A DNA stretch of 63,441 bases, counting the filler, from Neolecta irregularis DAH-3 (Eukaryota): NCBI GenBank assembly GCA_001929475.1. It is 10 parts of 10 records of this genome, joined end to end, with 100 filler letters (N's around TTAATTAATTAA, not from the genome) between each part and the next. Parts side by side here need not be neighbours in the genome. Positions count along the whole stretch, not along the records: positions 1 to 13,102 come from LXFE01000943.1; positions 13,203 to 21,247 come from LXFE01000944.1; 8 more parts are not named here. One strand, 5' to 3'. The notes beneath the pieces are model-generated. The model ran no database searches and was not told where the DNA came from. It worked only from the letters and a program-made list of their open reading frames with translations. Below, one piece after another: positions 1 to 13,592 of the stretch. Numbering within the stretch: position 1 is the stretch's first letter; every line of letters starts with the position of its first letter. A program made the position numbers and the translations under genes.

Positions 1-531
1 CCGCAATATGATTCCACGCCTCTTGCCGTATTGGTAAGGTGTACCTGAAGGGTACATTCTTACACAGACCCATGAACAGCGAATAGTTATCCTGTATTTA
101 TTATCGTGGGATATACGGTTAAGGATTAGCGAGTTTGTATCTTGGGAGAAACAGACAAGAAAGGAGACAGTCCAGAAAACGGCAATTTCGTCTGGTAGAG
201 CCGTTGGAGAAGACCTTGAAAGATAGGCCTTTCAACATATAGGATATGACCCAATACAAGGCTAGGTTATGAAGTGCTGCTGCTATCGCTTTCAACAGAT
301 ATGTCTCGGGCTTCTCTGGCCAATAACTCCTGTTGAAAGTCCCATACTTAACCAGCTATTGGGAATTCATGGCTGGTGCATGTACGACGAAGCTAATCTG
401 TTCTGCGCTAAGCGCAAAGTGCCCGATTTGTAAAGTAACCTACTGGTGGTGAAATTAGATAAAGTAGGCTACTTTACAACTCGTTTAGAACAAATCTTAC
501 ATCCAACTCTGAAGACAATTCTGATTTCCTC

Positions 532-1390
532 ATGAGTTGCTCGGACAATATTCAACCAAAGAGCCAAGAACATTCCTTGCATGATATATCAGCTTTTTAT
601 GCACACAAATTATGCTTGCAGTACTCTTCATTATCGTCGTATATCGAATCTAGCAAGTCCGAGACCAATCAGGCTCTTCAAGGTGTTGCTGCTTCTCTCA
701 ATTCAGTTCTAGGACTCGTCGATAGCCAGAAGCTTGAGAACGCTTCGTTAATCAGGGATCTTCAACAAAAATGTCTATTGACAATGACTATGCCTAATAA
801 ATAGTTGATACTGATCTTAATATTATCCGAGGATTCGTGGAAAGTGTAAACGACACTGGAAAGACTGCAGAGATGAAACTGAAACTGATAGACGCAAAGT
901 TTGAAGCATTCGAAAACAGGGAAACGGAATATAGAAAGACCCTCCAGGTATCGTTTCAGCCCCCCGATCTGACAAGTAGGAACTCGGCACCGTGAGCTCC
1001 GAGCATACAACCTGCCTGCAAAGAATTGTAATGTTGTCTGCTTCAACTGCTAAGCAACAGCAAACCCTTCTTGAGACTATGGGAAGTGTTCAGAATGGCT
1101 CTTCCTCGGCATTATCATATCAGCATCCACCAATAAACAAAGGATGTCCGCTGTTACTTGAACATGCAGTCCCGTTAGCAACGCAACTAGTCCTGAATCC
1201 CAGGAAAAGAATCAAAAGAACTTTGCTGGATGGAATTAATATTTCTTCGCGTTGGTTGAACAACAATGAAGAAGCAAATGGCTGGGAAATGACTTTACAG
1301 GCTCCATTGCGCGATTCCGAAGGACCCATGAGTAAAAAGAGAACTCTAATAGCTGACGTACAAGATGCCGAAAATATTGTGCATTGTTGA
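532..1390 (+). CDS. Hypothetical multi-exon protein; start and exon structure uncertain
   Basis: Two same-strand ORFs (532-804, 992-1390) are separated by intron-sized gaps and converge on VPS53. No family was recognised. Confidence 0.35.
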
Positions 1391-1475
1391 AAGAAATTTA
1401 GTCAAGAAACATCTTATCTAGGATCTCTCACTTCATTATCTATAGATTGTAATGGAAATATAGAGTAGATGCTTT

Positions 1476-4149
1476 TCATTCCCCTTCTTTTAATTTAGTT
1501 GCTAAGCTTGTGTCCATTCTAAAAAGTCTCCGCAAGTTTTCGTTCAGTTTTGCGCCGCTTTCGCTCGCACTCCTAGTAGGAAGTCTGTCCCCTAAAAAGG
1601 ACTGGGTTATCAGATGGTCGAAACGTGAGTTGTCCTTTAATGTAATTGGTGCGGTAATAGATATTGGTGTAAGCAGTGATGAAGACTCGATCAAATTTGT
1701 ATGTGTATGGCGGAGAGATTCAAAGGCGGAAATAAGGACGGAATGGTCTTTCTTCGGCACGGCCTAGCAGTCAGTAGGTTTACCATGGACTTGTTTGCTT
1801 TTAGCTCGAGTATCTTTTGGAAATTACTCAGCGAGTAGTCGCCAACATGTATAAAATAGGATTGCACCAATCCTTCTGCTGGGTATGAAGTCGTGAGAAT
1901 GACTTTCAGCAATGATTCGACCTTCAATACGTTTTTGTTGACAAATTTGACATATCTACGGATTAATGAAGACACAGGAACACAATGATTACAAAGGAGG
2001 CGCCGGACCCGAGATTCTTAAACCAAGATTTGGCAGTTCCAGTAAAGTCTTCTTAAGAGCATAGACATCGACGAGCATCTCACAATTAGCGCCGAGATCT
2101 TGAAGGATATACCTGCTCAGCTCCGATTTCACTTATAGGCTTACACTTGACAATGTTATTTATATACGTGGCAATGAATCCTTCCACTAGTTTATCACAG
2201 AATGTTCTAACATATCGTTCTTTTGTAATTCGAGGAAGAATTTGTTCCACATGGCTCTGCAGCAAGACTGATAAATCGACAATATAGCGACTTTGGTCGC
2301 CAGTATTTTGTAGGTCGGACCAATCAGTGTTTGCCATTTCACGAACGGGCATTTCTGCGGCACTGATAATTTTCTTTACGAGGACCCGGATTGCAGAACC
2401 AACTACCGCCATAAACGACTCGATCTCCTTTTGGAAATCGATTTGTGCGGGATCATCGACTCGAGATTCAAAATGTTCTGCCAACTGGGATGCAGTAACG
2501 TTGCAGTAATCGGCTGTATTCAAGACTTTACAGGCATCAGGAATAGACACAACAGCGCCAGATAGTTGTTGAAGCAGAATCTTGTCGGAGTATTCTTGCA
2601 AATATTTTGCGAATAGGCGTGCAAGGTTTATTAAGGGCGTAGAGGTGCTGAGTTTTGCGCACTGGGAAAAGGTCTGTCGGTAAAATATGAACAGGTCGGC
2701 ACTTGATGAAAGAACATTTTGATCCTCATCATCTGCAGAGGAAACTGTTCGGAAAGAAAGCATCATTTTAGAAAGGGATCTTTAAATGAGAAACATTAAA
2801 AAGATTTGGGAGCATACTGTTCCTGCGCATCGATATATAGAGATAAATGCGGCTCAAATGCAACCGAAATGGGCTTACCAAAGATAGGTACTCGATCAGG
2901 GGCTTGAAACGAAGAATTTGTATCAATTGATATACGAATCTAGAGTCAGCTCTATTATGAATAAAACAATATACATCATTGCCAATCTTTTTTTCGAGAT
3001 ACATTTCGAATTCGAGAGTCTGTCGAAGAGAATTCAAAAGTAATTCAACATTAAGGGTTGTCATTGACCCAGATAGCGCTTCTGTAAGGTCCAACCTGGT
3101 GTCAGAAGATATCAGCAGTACAGTACCTTGTGCTCTCGCAAAATGATCGGCACAAAGCTTCACTTACGGCCCAATGCGGCGGGAATATCTCAGCATGTAC
3201 GTCATCGTAAGTCTTGAGAAGTCGCTTTAGCCACGCATATCTTCGAGAAATATTGTCCAGGGAACCAGCCTATGGATCACTAAAGGCATAGTCTAAACGC
3301 AAACCTCATCGCTTCCACGAAATATGCTTCTATATTCTTTCAATTGTGTGTTGCAATACCAAGTGATAATTCGATCTCTCAAACAGTCAACTTCTCGGTC
3401 AGGGCGAGGCTTACCTTGCCGAATCTCCGAGGACATCAATTACGCGACATGATTCTGCTAAGGTGGCCTTGCCATTTCCCTCAAACTCGCTTCGAGACAA
3501 AGCTTTAGCGAATTCATCCGAGATCTGATCCATCAAATCTCTTTGGAGATCAGAGATCTGTCGACTTAACGTAGCGATCTGATCGATACCCCGAAAAGAC
3601 TTGAAATGTGACATTAATTGCATCACCACCTAATCTCAACAACGATAAATATCTCATCACACCTGCAGAAGATGTGCGGTCTCTTTAAACTGACGGGTTT
3701 TGTTGTGGACAAGTAATTGTTCATATGCAGTAGCTACATGTTCAATGGAAGAAAGAGATAACCATACTCAACATTTGCAACCGTTTCAGTGTGTTCATAC
3801 TCGATATCAAGTTCTTCTTCCCGTGATCTAGCCTCTTTATGCCACCAGTCAATCCGGCTACCACATCTTCTGCGGCTTTAGATCTTGTGCGTACCATGGC
3901 TAGCTTGGCAAGGAGAGCTTCCAGATCCGACGTTATACTTGCAGAGCGTGATTCAAGATCTTGATCTGAGATTTGCTGATCCTTGGCAAAATCCGCGATT
4001 TGAGATTGTAGGGCATCTTGGTGTCTACGTATCTCGGATTGAATGAGAGGTATATTGGTCAAGGCTTGAGAAGAAGGGAATAAAGCATTGATGTGTGATA
4101 TAGGGTCGTATTCCGATGCATCCAAGGAATAATTGTCGTTTTGCTGCAT
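1476..4149 (-). CDS. VPS53: GARP complex subunit Vps53 (multi-exon)
   Basis: N-terminus DASEYDPISHINALFP...IKRLDHGKKNLISSMNTLKRLQML; later exons LMSHFKSFRGIDQIATL, SSADLFIFYRQT and CKPISEIGAEQ. Confidence 0.95.
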
Positions 4150-4361
4150 GTGGAGGACTGAAGCTTTTCGGGGGCGGCGGAATGTAGTTTATGGCAAAGA
4201 CGATGATCCGAGATAGAAATACCCAGCATTCATAGTATAAAAGACAACCGGAGAGTAGGAAACGAAACTGCAATCGGGGATGTGCAAAGCTAAAAGTGGT
4301 ATGTGTGATAAACGTGGAGGTGTAGATCAATCAGAGTTTCAATCAACGTCAGTTGCAATTT

Positions 4362-4810
4362 ATGCGCTTATTCAGGATTCTCCGTTCAGCAGCAAAGTCT
4401 ACCGGTTTGACTGGGTAGGGAAAATACCATGGGCTGTTTATTGATATAACTGTAGTTTAATGTCACATCCAAACCCGAGGCCTGCTCTTGTGGATTTGTA
4501 TAAGCAAACTATCACGAGATTATCTGCATTACCAGATCACGCAGTGTATAGGCAATCTGTGGAGTCCATCACCCTAGAACGCCTAAAGGTTGTCGAGGAA
4601 ACAGAGGATGTGGAGGAAATCGAAAAAAAGCTGGGGAGTGGATTAATCGAAGAACTGATACACCAAGCTCAAGATGAACTTTATCTGATAGGTAAGATGG
4701 AAGAATGGAAACCGTAATGTCCATTGGGTGATGTAAGTTGACTAAATAGCTGGGAAGAGCTAGAAGCACCTGCGCCCGACGGCCAGTGGGAATACTTTGA
4801 GAGGAAATGA
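4362..4810 (+). CDS. NDUFA5: NADH:ubiquinone oxidoreductase subunit A5 (B13), 3 exons
   Basis: MRLFRILRSAAKSTGLTG|LMSHPNPRPALVDLY...GLIEELIHQAQDELYLIGKMEEWKP|WEELEAPAPDGQWEYFERK*. Confidence 0.92.
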
Positions 4811-4964
4811 TTGCAGTGAACTTACATAACACCTTCTCTTATTTCGTTCTTGTGTGCCAAAGAGAGTTTGTTCTAGGCGATATTTCGAGGAAAGCAATAT
4901 GTGTTATTCTATAATTTTGATGTCATTTTGGATCTTTGTACCTTGACCTGTCACTTAGCCCAAC

Positions 4965-5859
4965 ATGCCGACCATCGCTGATCGGATTCTGCAACCAGAC
5001 CACTCCAATCTGGAGTTTTCCTTTTCTCCATTCCTCAAATCACAGTTCGCTTTCGGTCTTGATTCAAACAGGCCTGTGTGTCGTCTTTATCTCCAAGGCC
5101 ATTGCCCGCTTGGAAATTCATGTCCAGAGAAGCACCACACGTCTCAGGATCGCAGCAATACGAGACAGAATACCATTGTAATCCTCCCAACCCCATTATT
5201 CCTGACTATTCAGGTATGCAAACATTGGCTCAAGGCGTTGTGCAAGAAAGGAGACGCATGCGAATTTTTACATGAATATAATCTTCGTAGGATGCCGGAA
5301 TGTACATTTTGAATCAAGGAATACCAAGAGCTTATTATTTTAGGCTATTTCTTTGCGAAGCACGGGTTTTGCACCAGCGGAGAGGAATGTCTATATCGAC
5401 ATATTGATCCCGACAGTCGACATGGAATATGTCCCTGGTACGAGATGGGATTTTGTCAACTAGGTATGGCGATTACGGCACAGATATTGATACACAGGCC
5501 CTGATTGTCGCCAGAAACACATCCGGAAGGCAATCTGTCAATTGTATCTAACAGGTTTCTGCCCCAGAGGCAAGGAGTGTGAAGAAGCACAGTAAGCTGT
5601 TGCACTGTATGGAGCTGATATTCTAGTCCCAAACATGTCACACCTCCCTTTCCTCCACAGAAAAGAGGAACGGCTGGAGTCTCTGATATGGTAACGACCT
5701 TTCATTTAATATGTCGTTCTCACTTTGCAGCAAGCACCTCGTACCAACGATATCCATGTATCGCGGAATGTAGCAGACGTGGAGTGTTTTGCATGCGGGA
5801 AGCGAGGACACTTTGCGAATCGATGTCCTGAAAGAGAGGCATGGAAGAGTGCCGGTTAG
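4965..5859 (+). CDS. YTH1: mRNA 3'-end processing CCCH zinc-finger protein Yth1/CPSF4
   Basis: CRLYLQGHCPLGNSCPEKH, VCKHWLKALCKKGDACEFLHEYNLRRMPEC, and a C-terminal zinc knuckle CFACGKRGHFANRC. Confidence 0.93.
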
Positions 5860-5961
5860 TAGTTGTATTGTTATTCTCTGTTATTTTTGGAGTTCATTAT
5901 TTTAATGTTGATATACTTAAAAACGGTTCCCTAGTTCCCTCCGCAACTCTATTCTCCTTCC

Positions 5962-7334
5962 ATGGCGGCCAACGATCCTCTCGCGAATATACAGGCAGCT
6001 GTCAGGTCTGTCACTAGCTGTGTTGAGAACATTTCAGACCAACTCTCGCAATCGTTTACCAATTTGAGTGAACAGTTCAAGTTACTTCAATGGCGGGAAA
6101 TTACCTGGGACAATCTTAGGAACATGGAGCTTCCTCGAGCTATAGTACAACCTCCGCCGCCAGACCCGTCTTTACTTGAAAAAATCGGAAATTTGCTCAA
6201 GAAGAATAAACATATCATTGTGGCCTTGATCTCTGGCGGTGCGGTTGCCACAGGAGCCTACGTATACAATTATCGAAAACCCAAGAAAATCCGTCGCGCG
6301 CGAAGAGCATCTAACGGCACACGTAATCAAGTCATAGGTACGCAGGTTGCTTTAATTTATTTATTCTAACGGCTACAGTCTTTGTTGGATCACCACGAGA
6401 TCGCATATCCCAGAGTACAATCATTGATCTTGAAGCAAAAGGCTTTATAATATTTTGCGTGGTACCTACACACCAAGACGAAGCTATTGTCGACAATTTC
6501 GGAAAGTTGGACATCCGAGCAATTTTATTCGATGCTTACGAAGTATGACGTATCTCAACTCGATCTGCTAACGAAAGTCAACCTCCGCAATGGAACTCGT
6601 GCAAAAGATTGAATCATTTTTAGATACTCCGACGCCTTCGTTTACAGGAGCACGTCGATATAGGTTGACTGGGCTTATCATTTGTCCCCCGATGGGATAC
6701 CCTACTGGACCGCTTGAGTCAATCTCGTCGGAATATTTAGCAGATGCAGTCCATACTGACGTTGTTGGGAATCTTATTATAGTCAAGGCGTTTCTACCAA
6801 CGGTATCGGAGTGGGGTTTTTTCACTCCCGCTAATGGTCAAGCTTCGGAACAATTTTTCAAAGGTAGTACTAATGACACCACACATTATTCCGTCGTTGA
6901 ATCCACCATTTCATGTGCCACAAATTGTGACCTGCTCGGCATTGACTTCTGCGTTTATTGCCTTGTCGAGAGAATTAACGGTTCCCGTTCGACATATTCG
7001 AATCGGAGCAGTTGATCAGATCAACATGAACTTTGTGCGAGCAGATATTCTTTCCTGGTCTCCGAGTTGCAAATCATTGTATGGCCAAACGTATACTCAT
7101 TTAAATCTCCCAACGCGCCATCCAGCAAGCTCCATTGGAGATGTCCACGACGCTATCTTTGATGCATTGACATCATCTCGACGCCGACGTGTTTGGAACG
7201 CAGGCAGTGGAGTAGGTCTTTATGAAGCTGTTGGCTTGGTAATGCCGGAGACTGTGATTGGCCAAGTCATCGGCTGTACTGGTCAACAACACGCTGCCAA
7301 GGATGACGAAGATTGGGAAAGAATTGAAAAGTAG
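5962..7334 (+). CDS. DUF1776 family (SDR-like, Ysc83-like) protein
   Basis: A TM segment is followed by RRARRASNGTRNQV; also GLIICPPMGYPTGPLESIS, HDAIFDAL and GSGVGLYEAVGLVMPE. Confidence 0.75.
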
Positions 7335-7536
7335 TAGGTACCTAGGAGGTTGTGTTTAGGCGAACTGGTGTGGAAAGGAGTGACTATGCTGAATATAACA
7401 ATGTTTGGGTTGTTTTATTTCCCCTTGGCAGATCTCCCATTGTCATTAAAACAACCGACCCTCTTATTTACACCAATAGTACAAGAACCATTTAAACCAG
7501 ATTACCATGTTTGCACCCAAAAAAGTCCAAGTACTC

Positions 7537-9196
7537 CTAAAACTCTCCCTCCGTGAATTTTCCATCCTCAGGCACACGGGTATATTTTTCAATAGGCCGA
7601 AAAACGGGTCCAAGTGTTGCCATCCATCTTTTCCGCCGTTCAACGAGACACTTAATACCTTCCCCGACGCCAGATCGTGGTACACCTGGACCAGGTTTCT
7701 TCTTTTTACTTTTGATACTACGAGTTCGTTTCAGAAAACTTTGTTCAATTTCTTTTTCGAGGGATTCGAGGAGGTTGGAGTATTCTTGGTAAGCCATTTG
7801 ATCTCGAGTGACTGCCTCTAGCGAACTTTTATGACTGCTGTTGATTTTTTCTACGCGACGGAGTTGAGATTGTAATGAGCGGAGAGTAGCGGAAATTTCG
7901 TCATCTTCAGGGTGTGTCCAATCGATATTCTGGATATATTAGTATAATATTGAAAGGGTAGTAGTCATGCTTCTTCTTCTCCAAGCATCCCACAGAATCT
8001 CATTTCGCGTTTCACTCTCTCCTCTAGTTGAGGATAATCAGCTTTGATATTAGGTATCCGCCAATCTGGATTAATTTCGCCATTTTCCTTGTCATCTTCC
8101 AAAAGGGCAGAGAGGATTCTACTGGTTAAGGGACCCACACCAATATCATCGGTTTCAAGTTTTTCATCGGTTAGCTGCTCGATTGAACCTCGTGCTTGAT
8201 TCGAGTGAGATGGTGGTGGAGAGTTTCTCAAGAAGTCTTCATCGTCCCATGTTTCCGTGTAATGAGGACCAAGCTCTGGGACTATATACGGCGTGATTTG
8301 ATCGCCCTTGATAGTCAGTAGGGAAAGAATGAAAGGAATACTCGATCGCGAAGCCATCCCAGATCTTCTTCGGTAAATTGGCGAAAGTATGGGTCTATTG
8401 AGGCTTGAAATGTTTGCTGGGCAACAGGATTCATGGCTTTTGCTTTGGAAAAGTCTTCCATGGGGGGTACTCCAGGCATATCTTTGGATAAATCGACTTG
8501 TGGATAATATGAGACTCCTAGATACTTTTTGAGCTCTTCTGGGTTTGGAGAGTTTGCGAAATCGAAATTTGGTTTAGGTCTTTCTTTGTATGGACGTAGT
8601 TTGTAGAACGAATGCGGGGAAGGTTCGACAGAAACTTGCGGAGGTTGTTCTATGATCGATTTTGGTGTTGATGCACTGTCTAGGGAAGAGTCCGTTATCA
8701 TATCCGGCGTGACATCTGTATCGACTTCTATTTTTGACTCTACCTTGACAGGTGTTGAATTGGTTGATTTTGGGGACGCATGGCTTGCTGAACGTTAAAA
8801 TAGCTCAAGTAATGTTGTGTTGCCATTGTAATCATCAATAGGGAGCTGTTCAGAGCCCAGTTTTTGTTTTTTAGCAAGGGGAATATCATCGCTTTCTTCT
8901 GAAGGAGCTTCCGTTAGTGGGATACTGGTATGGGACGCACCCTTTTCTTTGAAAACGGGCCGCTTTATGCTCATCCTCCTCGTTTCTTCAGCTTTCCAAC
9001 GTCCAGCAAGGATAATAGTATCTTTGGCGTAGTCTTTTGCGCGCTTTTGGGCGCGTTGTTGTAGGGCACGAAGATCTGCTTTGAGATGGATAAGAAGATC
9101 CGCGCTTGGTATTTGGGAGTATTCAGCCCCGAGGTAGGTCTGCAGGAGATGGGGCAAGGGCTCCTGCTTGTGTTGAGTAAAGGATTTATCGACCAT
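7537..9196 (-). CDS. NGG1: SAGA/ADA complex subunit Ada3/Ngg1
   Basis: MEDFSKAKAMNPVAQQTFQASIDPYFRQFTEEDLGWL, PELGPHYTETW, GPLTSRILSALL, EDDEISATLRSLQ, MAYQEYSNLLESLEKEIEQSFLKR. Confidence 0.9.
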
Positions 9197-9647
9197 GACA
9201 AAGAAGTGAAATTTGACGTCGTTGATCCGTATGAGGGATTGGCGGGGCTTCCTCGTCACGTGAGGTAACTTACTTACGAACTACAAATTTATAGTATTCG
9301 TACTTAGGGTAATTCTAGATATGTAGTCCTGTTCACTGTATATTATAGAACAAAGGGAACGAGAAAAGACTATGAGGGAGTTTGGTATCGCTTTTGTGTC
9401 GAGTACATGCAAGCGGATCTCCCGGTCAGAACAAGTCAAGCTATATTTGGAACGCCCCAAACTGAAGAAGAATATCAACAGAAGAGGATTCTTAAAGGTT
9501 GAAATCGTGCATGGCAAGTAGATTGCAATTAAATGCCAACATAGGCGTTACGCTGTAGAAGATAATTTTCATGCAAAGTACAGGAAAGCGCCATCGTCAA
9601 ATAGAGCGTTGTCATTCCGAGCGTCTTAAGTCTCATTTCACACATTT

Positions 9648-10084
9648 CTAGATGTTCGAAGGAAAAAGCATCTATACTTAGTGAGTACAATCAAGGATAG
9701 GATACCACTCGGATACTAGATCCCATAGCTTTTGGCGGAAGATTTTTTCGAAAACAAGCCTTTACTACGCCATTGTTTCCATGCGATCGGGTAACTCGAC
9801 TATGTCGTTGGAAATGCAACAAGAAAAAATGTGATTACCCCCAAATGACGCGGAATTTTGTCCCTCGGATTTCTTTCTGAGCTTTATATACGTATGCGGT
9901 CCTTTTTCCGAGGTAGAATGAGGTATCGGAGAGGGATTCGCAGCCCTCTTGGCGAGTCAGTGTAAATATATGACGTAGAAGTACCAATTTGGATCAAAGA
10001 AGATCTGTGTCTGGTGTTTCTCTTCGATCGCTTGAATCCCAGGAAGCGGCCTTTTACGTATAATCTGTGATGTCCTGTGGGCAT
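9648..10084 (-). CDS. RPL33: 60S ribosomal protein eL33 (L35a / yeast L33)
   Basis: [23 protein letters not shown]..., [18 protein letters not shown]-terminus MLFPSNI*. Confidence 0.93.
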
Positions 10085-10255
10085 TTTAGGCGAAGGGTAG
10101 GGCGGGCGTGGCGGGAAAATAGTCACCTGCGGAAGACTGTTGAAATTTGATGTTAATTAAGGGCAAAAAATGTCTACTATACAAAAACAGGTGATACTTC
10201 CATTGGGTAGTCGAGAATAAAGAGAATACATAGTCTATAACACAAACGTGATTTG

Positions 10256-11486
10256 TTACTTGCGGGCGGCTATTTGCTTGCCTGGCCATTGGGACCACTT
10301 GAGGTTAGAAGAGAATAGAAAAAAAGAATACCTGGCTTTCCATCCAGGCTTCTAGATGGTCCCAAAACTGGCTGATGACTTGCCTATCGGTGTGACGCCT
10401 GTTGCGCTCTATTTGTATTGTTTGGACGTTCCAGTCTTTTGCGGCCGAATGTTGAGGATCGCCTGCGTACTGGACAAAAACTCCTTTTACTTTTTGAAAG
10501 AGTTCCCTTGGTTCTGACCATTTATAGGTCCTAAACTGCCATGCCTGGCCTGTAGTGAAGACGCAGACCACTCTGTCCCTGGGGTTAAGATTGCAAAGTA
10601 GCAGAGGTACCAGTATTCTGGTTTGAACTTTTCTACATCATCAACGACTGTGAATCTCATCCCGCGGTCTGGAAAGCGGGGAGATTTTCTAGATATTGCG
10701 AGAAAGTCTGGTGCGCGGCCGCCGCCTGCGTTTTGTGCAGCGATGTTTGGGGGGATAAAGTTGCCGTGTTCGAGAAAAGATTTGACGTTGTGCATAGTGA
10801 TGAGAGCTGAAGCAGAGGGGGAGAGTATTATTATGGGATCGCGATTGCGCGAGGGTTTTTTTTGGACCGGGAGAGTATTTTGGATTTGGGGGGGTTTCTT
10901 GTTGCGAGATTTGGAGATGGACTCTTTTGCGATAGTTTGGACGTAGGAAAAGTCCACAGCCTTCTGGCCATGGAGGAGGGAGGAGCGGGTTGTGACTGGG
11001 CGTTCGTGGCTGTATATTTTGAGGAGGGCCGAGTCTTTAGGGGATTTCTGCGCGGGCGCCTTTTTGTGAGGCAGGTCTGGGGGAGAATGGTCTTGGAGGG
11101 AGACTGGGGTTAGCGGATTGGGGAGAGAAAGGTGTTGAACGGATGTGATCGCTGTGGGGGGCGCCCTCGAGCCAGGCGATGAGATCTGTTTTTTCGAGAA
11201 AGGAGAGGTTTTCTATTTCGCGATCTGAGGACTGTGCGATGTACTCTGCGACGTTTGCGTCTTTGAGGAGCCAGGCAAAATAGACAGTGGCGAGGGAGAA
11301 GGGCTTACGGGCGGCGTTTGCGAAGCGGGTGGGAGTATCGAGGGAAAACGTAAGAGAGGGCGGGAAGCAGAGTGCTTGGGCATTGCGGATGTCTGGGACG
11401 GGCGCAGACTGGGGATCCGTAGAGGAGAGGAGCACTGGGGGAGTGCCGGCAGCAATGGCAGATTTGAGCAGCACCAGCGGGTCCAT
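10256..11486 (-). CDS. CDC73: Paf1 complex subunit Cdc73/parafibromin
   Basis: DPLVLLKSAI, FLEKTDLIAWLEG, DPIIILSPSASALITMHNVKSFL, VFTTGQAWQFRTYKW. Confidence 0.95.
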
Positions 11487-11503
11487 CTATTTGATGGTGC
11501 GGA

Positions 11504-11574
11504 AGTACTAGGACTGGGTGGTGAGGTGGGTGGAGTACCAGTACTGGGTGGTGAGGTGGGTGAAGTACCAGCAC
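11504..11574. repeat. Tandem ~30-bp repeat (ACTGGGTGGTGAGGTGGGTG[G/A]AGTACCAG, about 2.3 copies) in the CDC73/PDI divergent intergenic region
   Basis: Read directly from the sequence. Confidence 0.8.
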
Positions 11575-11767
11575 TTAGTATTAGTTAGCACGGAGAAGAG
11601 CAGAAGGGATAGAGCACCAAGAGTGGACAGAGTATGAGTATCGAGTAGGAGAGTGGTGATACTGAGCGGTGATAAGTGAGTACTAACTCGTACTGAAAAC
11701 TACTACACTACAGATCGTGGATACAATAGTGGCGAGTAACCAATAAGCCTTACCACTCCACTCCGCA

Positions 11768-13102
11768 ATGCTCGTTTCACTCTGGATGTTCTCGCTGCCG
11801 TATACACTGGCTGTCGCTGCTGCAGTCTTCGCTCCTCCTTCAGTTCCAGATTCAAATTCAAATTCAAATTCACATTCAGATTCAGATTCAGGTTTAAATT
11901 CCGACTCAGTCTCACTTTCACCCACAACTCTGCCCTCGCTCATTTCTACCGGCTGGTGGTGGATCAAGTTCTTCTCTCCGTACTGTCTGCACTGCAAGAA
12001 GGTTGCGCCTGTGTGGGATGCCATTGCCCGCAACCACGCCATCTTCCTCCGCTCCCACAACTTTACCCTCGCTCACCTCGACTGTGTCCACTACGGAGGT
12101 TCTTTCCTTGTTTATCTGCTGTTCCTGACTCTAGACTATTGCTCAGATCTCAACATTACTGTCTACCCCTCCCTCAAACTGTGCCCCTCCTCCTCTGTCT
12201 CTCTAACTACCCAGCTACCACAATGCCGTCCATGTAGACGACTTTCCCTTCGAAGTCCCCCGCGACCAGGAAAATCTCCTCCAGTTTATCCAGGAACACC
12301 TAGATACACCTATACCAGGTCTTCCAGAGCATTCAGATCCCTCAAATCATTCCGATCCCTCCCCCCCAAAGAAACCGTCCCTTCCAGAACACTCACAAAA
12401 TCCCCCAAACCCCCTCGGAAAATCAGTATCTCTCACCCAAGACTCCTTCGTCTCCCTCGTCTCTGGAAGCAAAGACGGCTGGTTCGTAAAGCTCCATGTC
12501 CCCTGGTGCGCCCATTGTTCAGCAATGCGCGAAGCTTGGACAGACGTAGCAAAGGAAATGAAAGGCTCCCTCAATATTGCAGAAATAAATTGCGACCAGG
12601 AAAAGAAACTCTGCAAAGACATAAACCCCCGCGGCTACCCCACCCTCATGTTTTTCAAAAATAACAACAGCGTCGAATATGATGGCCTCCGCGGCCTCGG
12701 TGACCTCCTCGCCTTTTCTCGGGAAGCTACTCATGCTGCAGTCCACGAGGTAGGCGTCTCGGAATTCGACACCTATGAAAGTAAATCAGAAGTAGTCTTT
12801 CTCTACTTCTACGACCACGCAACAACCTCGGAAGACTTTGATGCCCTTGATAAAACTTGTCTCTCCCTCATCCGCAGAGCACCCCTCCTCAAAACAAAAT
12901 CAGAAACCCTCATCTCAAGATTCAGAGTCACGTCATTTCCCTCGCTCGTCGTCATCCGTGACGGAAAACCTTCCTATTACCCTGCCCTCTCCCCCAGAGA
13001 CCTCCGTGATCATCGCAGACTCCTTGCCTGGATGAAAACTGTCTGGATCCCTCTTCTTCCAGAACTTTCCTCTGCAAACTCGCACGAAATCATGCAGAAT
13101 CG
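11768..13102 (+). CDS. Thioredoxin-domain protein disulfide isomerase, Eps1-like (3' end lost in gap)
   Basis: Signal peptide; WWIKFFSPYCLHCK and WFVKLHVPWCAHCS thioredoxin motifs; EVVFLYFYDHATTSEDFDAL. Confidence 0.85.
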
Positions 13103-13202
13103 NNNNNNNNNNNNNNNNNNNNNNNNNNNNNNNNNNNNNNNNNNNNTTAATTAATTAANNNNNNNNNNNNNNNNNNNNNNNNNNNNNNNNNNNNNNNNNN
13201 NN
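13103..13202. other. Assembly gap with artificial TTAATTAATTAA linker. The same linker occurs at 21248-21347, 28106-28205, 34214-34313, 41787-41886, 46895-46994, 49449-49548, 51894-51993 and 58132-58231.
   Basis: Each gap is an identical 100-nt N block with a central six-frame-stop linker. Confidence 0.97.
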
Positions 13203-13583
13203 ATCCTCACCAACGTCCAGGGCTCCTCCGCCGGCGCCGGCAGCGGCGAGTTCCACGTCTACAAGCAGTCCCGCAGGCGCGAGCTCGACCGCACAAAGGC
13301 CATGCTCGACGCCCACCAGCACGACAAGGACTCCTCAGCCTGGCTGCACACTGCTCGCGAAAAGATGCTCGCAGACTCCCTCAAGACTGCAAAGAACCGC
13401 GCAAAGAGACTAAAGGCAAAGGAGCGCAGAAATAGGCAGCAAGATTTGAGTGTGATGGATGTGAAGAATGATCAGGATATGAAGAATGATATGAATCAGA
13501 ATGATCAGAATGATCAGGAGAATGATATGAATCAGGAGAATGATATGAATCAGGAGAATGATCATAATGATCAGGAGGAATGA
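13203..13583 (+). CDS. PRKRIP1/DUF1168 family protein, 5'-truncated by the gap; N/D/Q/E-rich tandem-repeat tail
   Basis: ILTNVQGSSAGAGSGEFHVYKQSRRRELDR...KTAKNRAKR. Confidence 0.88.
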   Translation: MLTNVQGSSAGAGSGEFHVYKQSRRRELDRTKAMLDAHQHDKDSSAWLHTAREKMLADSLKTAKNRAKRLKAKERRNRQQDLSVMDVKNDQDMKNDMNQNDQNDQENDMNQENDMNQENDHNDQEE

Positions 13584-13592
13584 AACTCCTCC

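Noticed and set aside
11845-11891. (GATTCA/AATTCA)n hexamer repeat
   Set aside because: It is an ordinary in-frame coding microsatellite (SNSNSNSHSDSDS) in the PDI linker.
11037-12746. Many overlapping ORFs on both strands in the GC-skewed CDC73/PDI region
   Set aside because: These are shadow ORFs of real genes and low-complexity sequence.
13147-13158. TTAATTAATTAA palindrome recurring nine times
   Set aside because: It is always centred in identical 100-nt N blocks, so it is an artificial contig linker and not biology.
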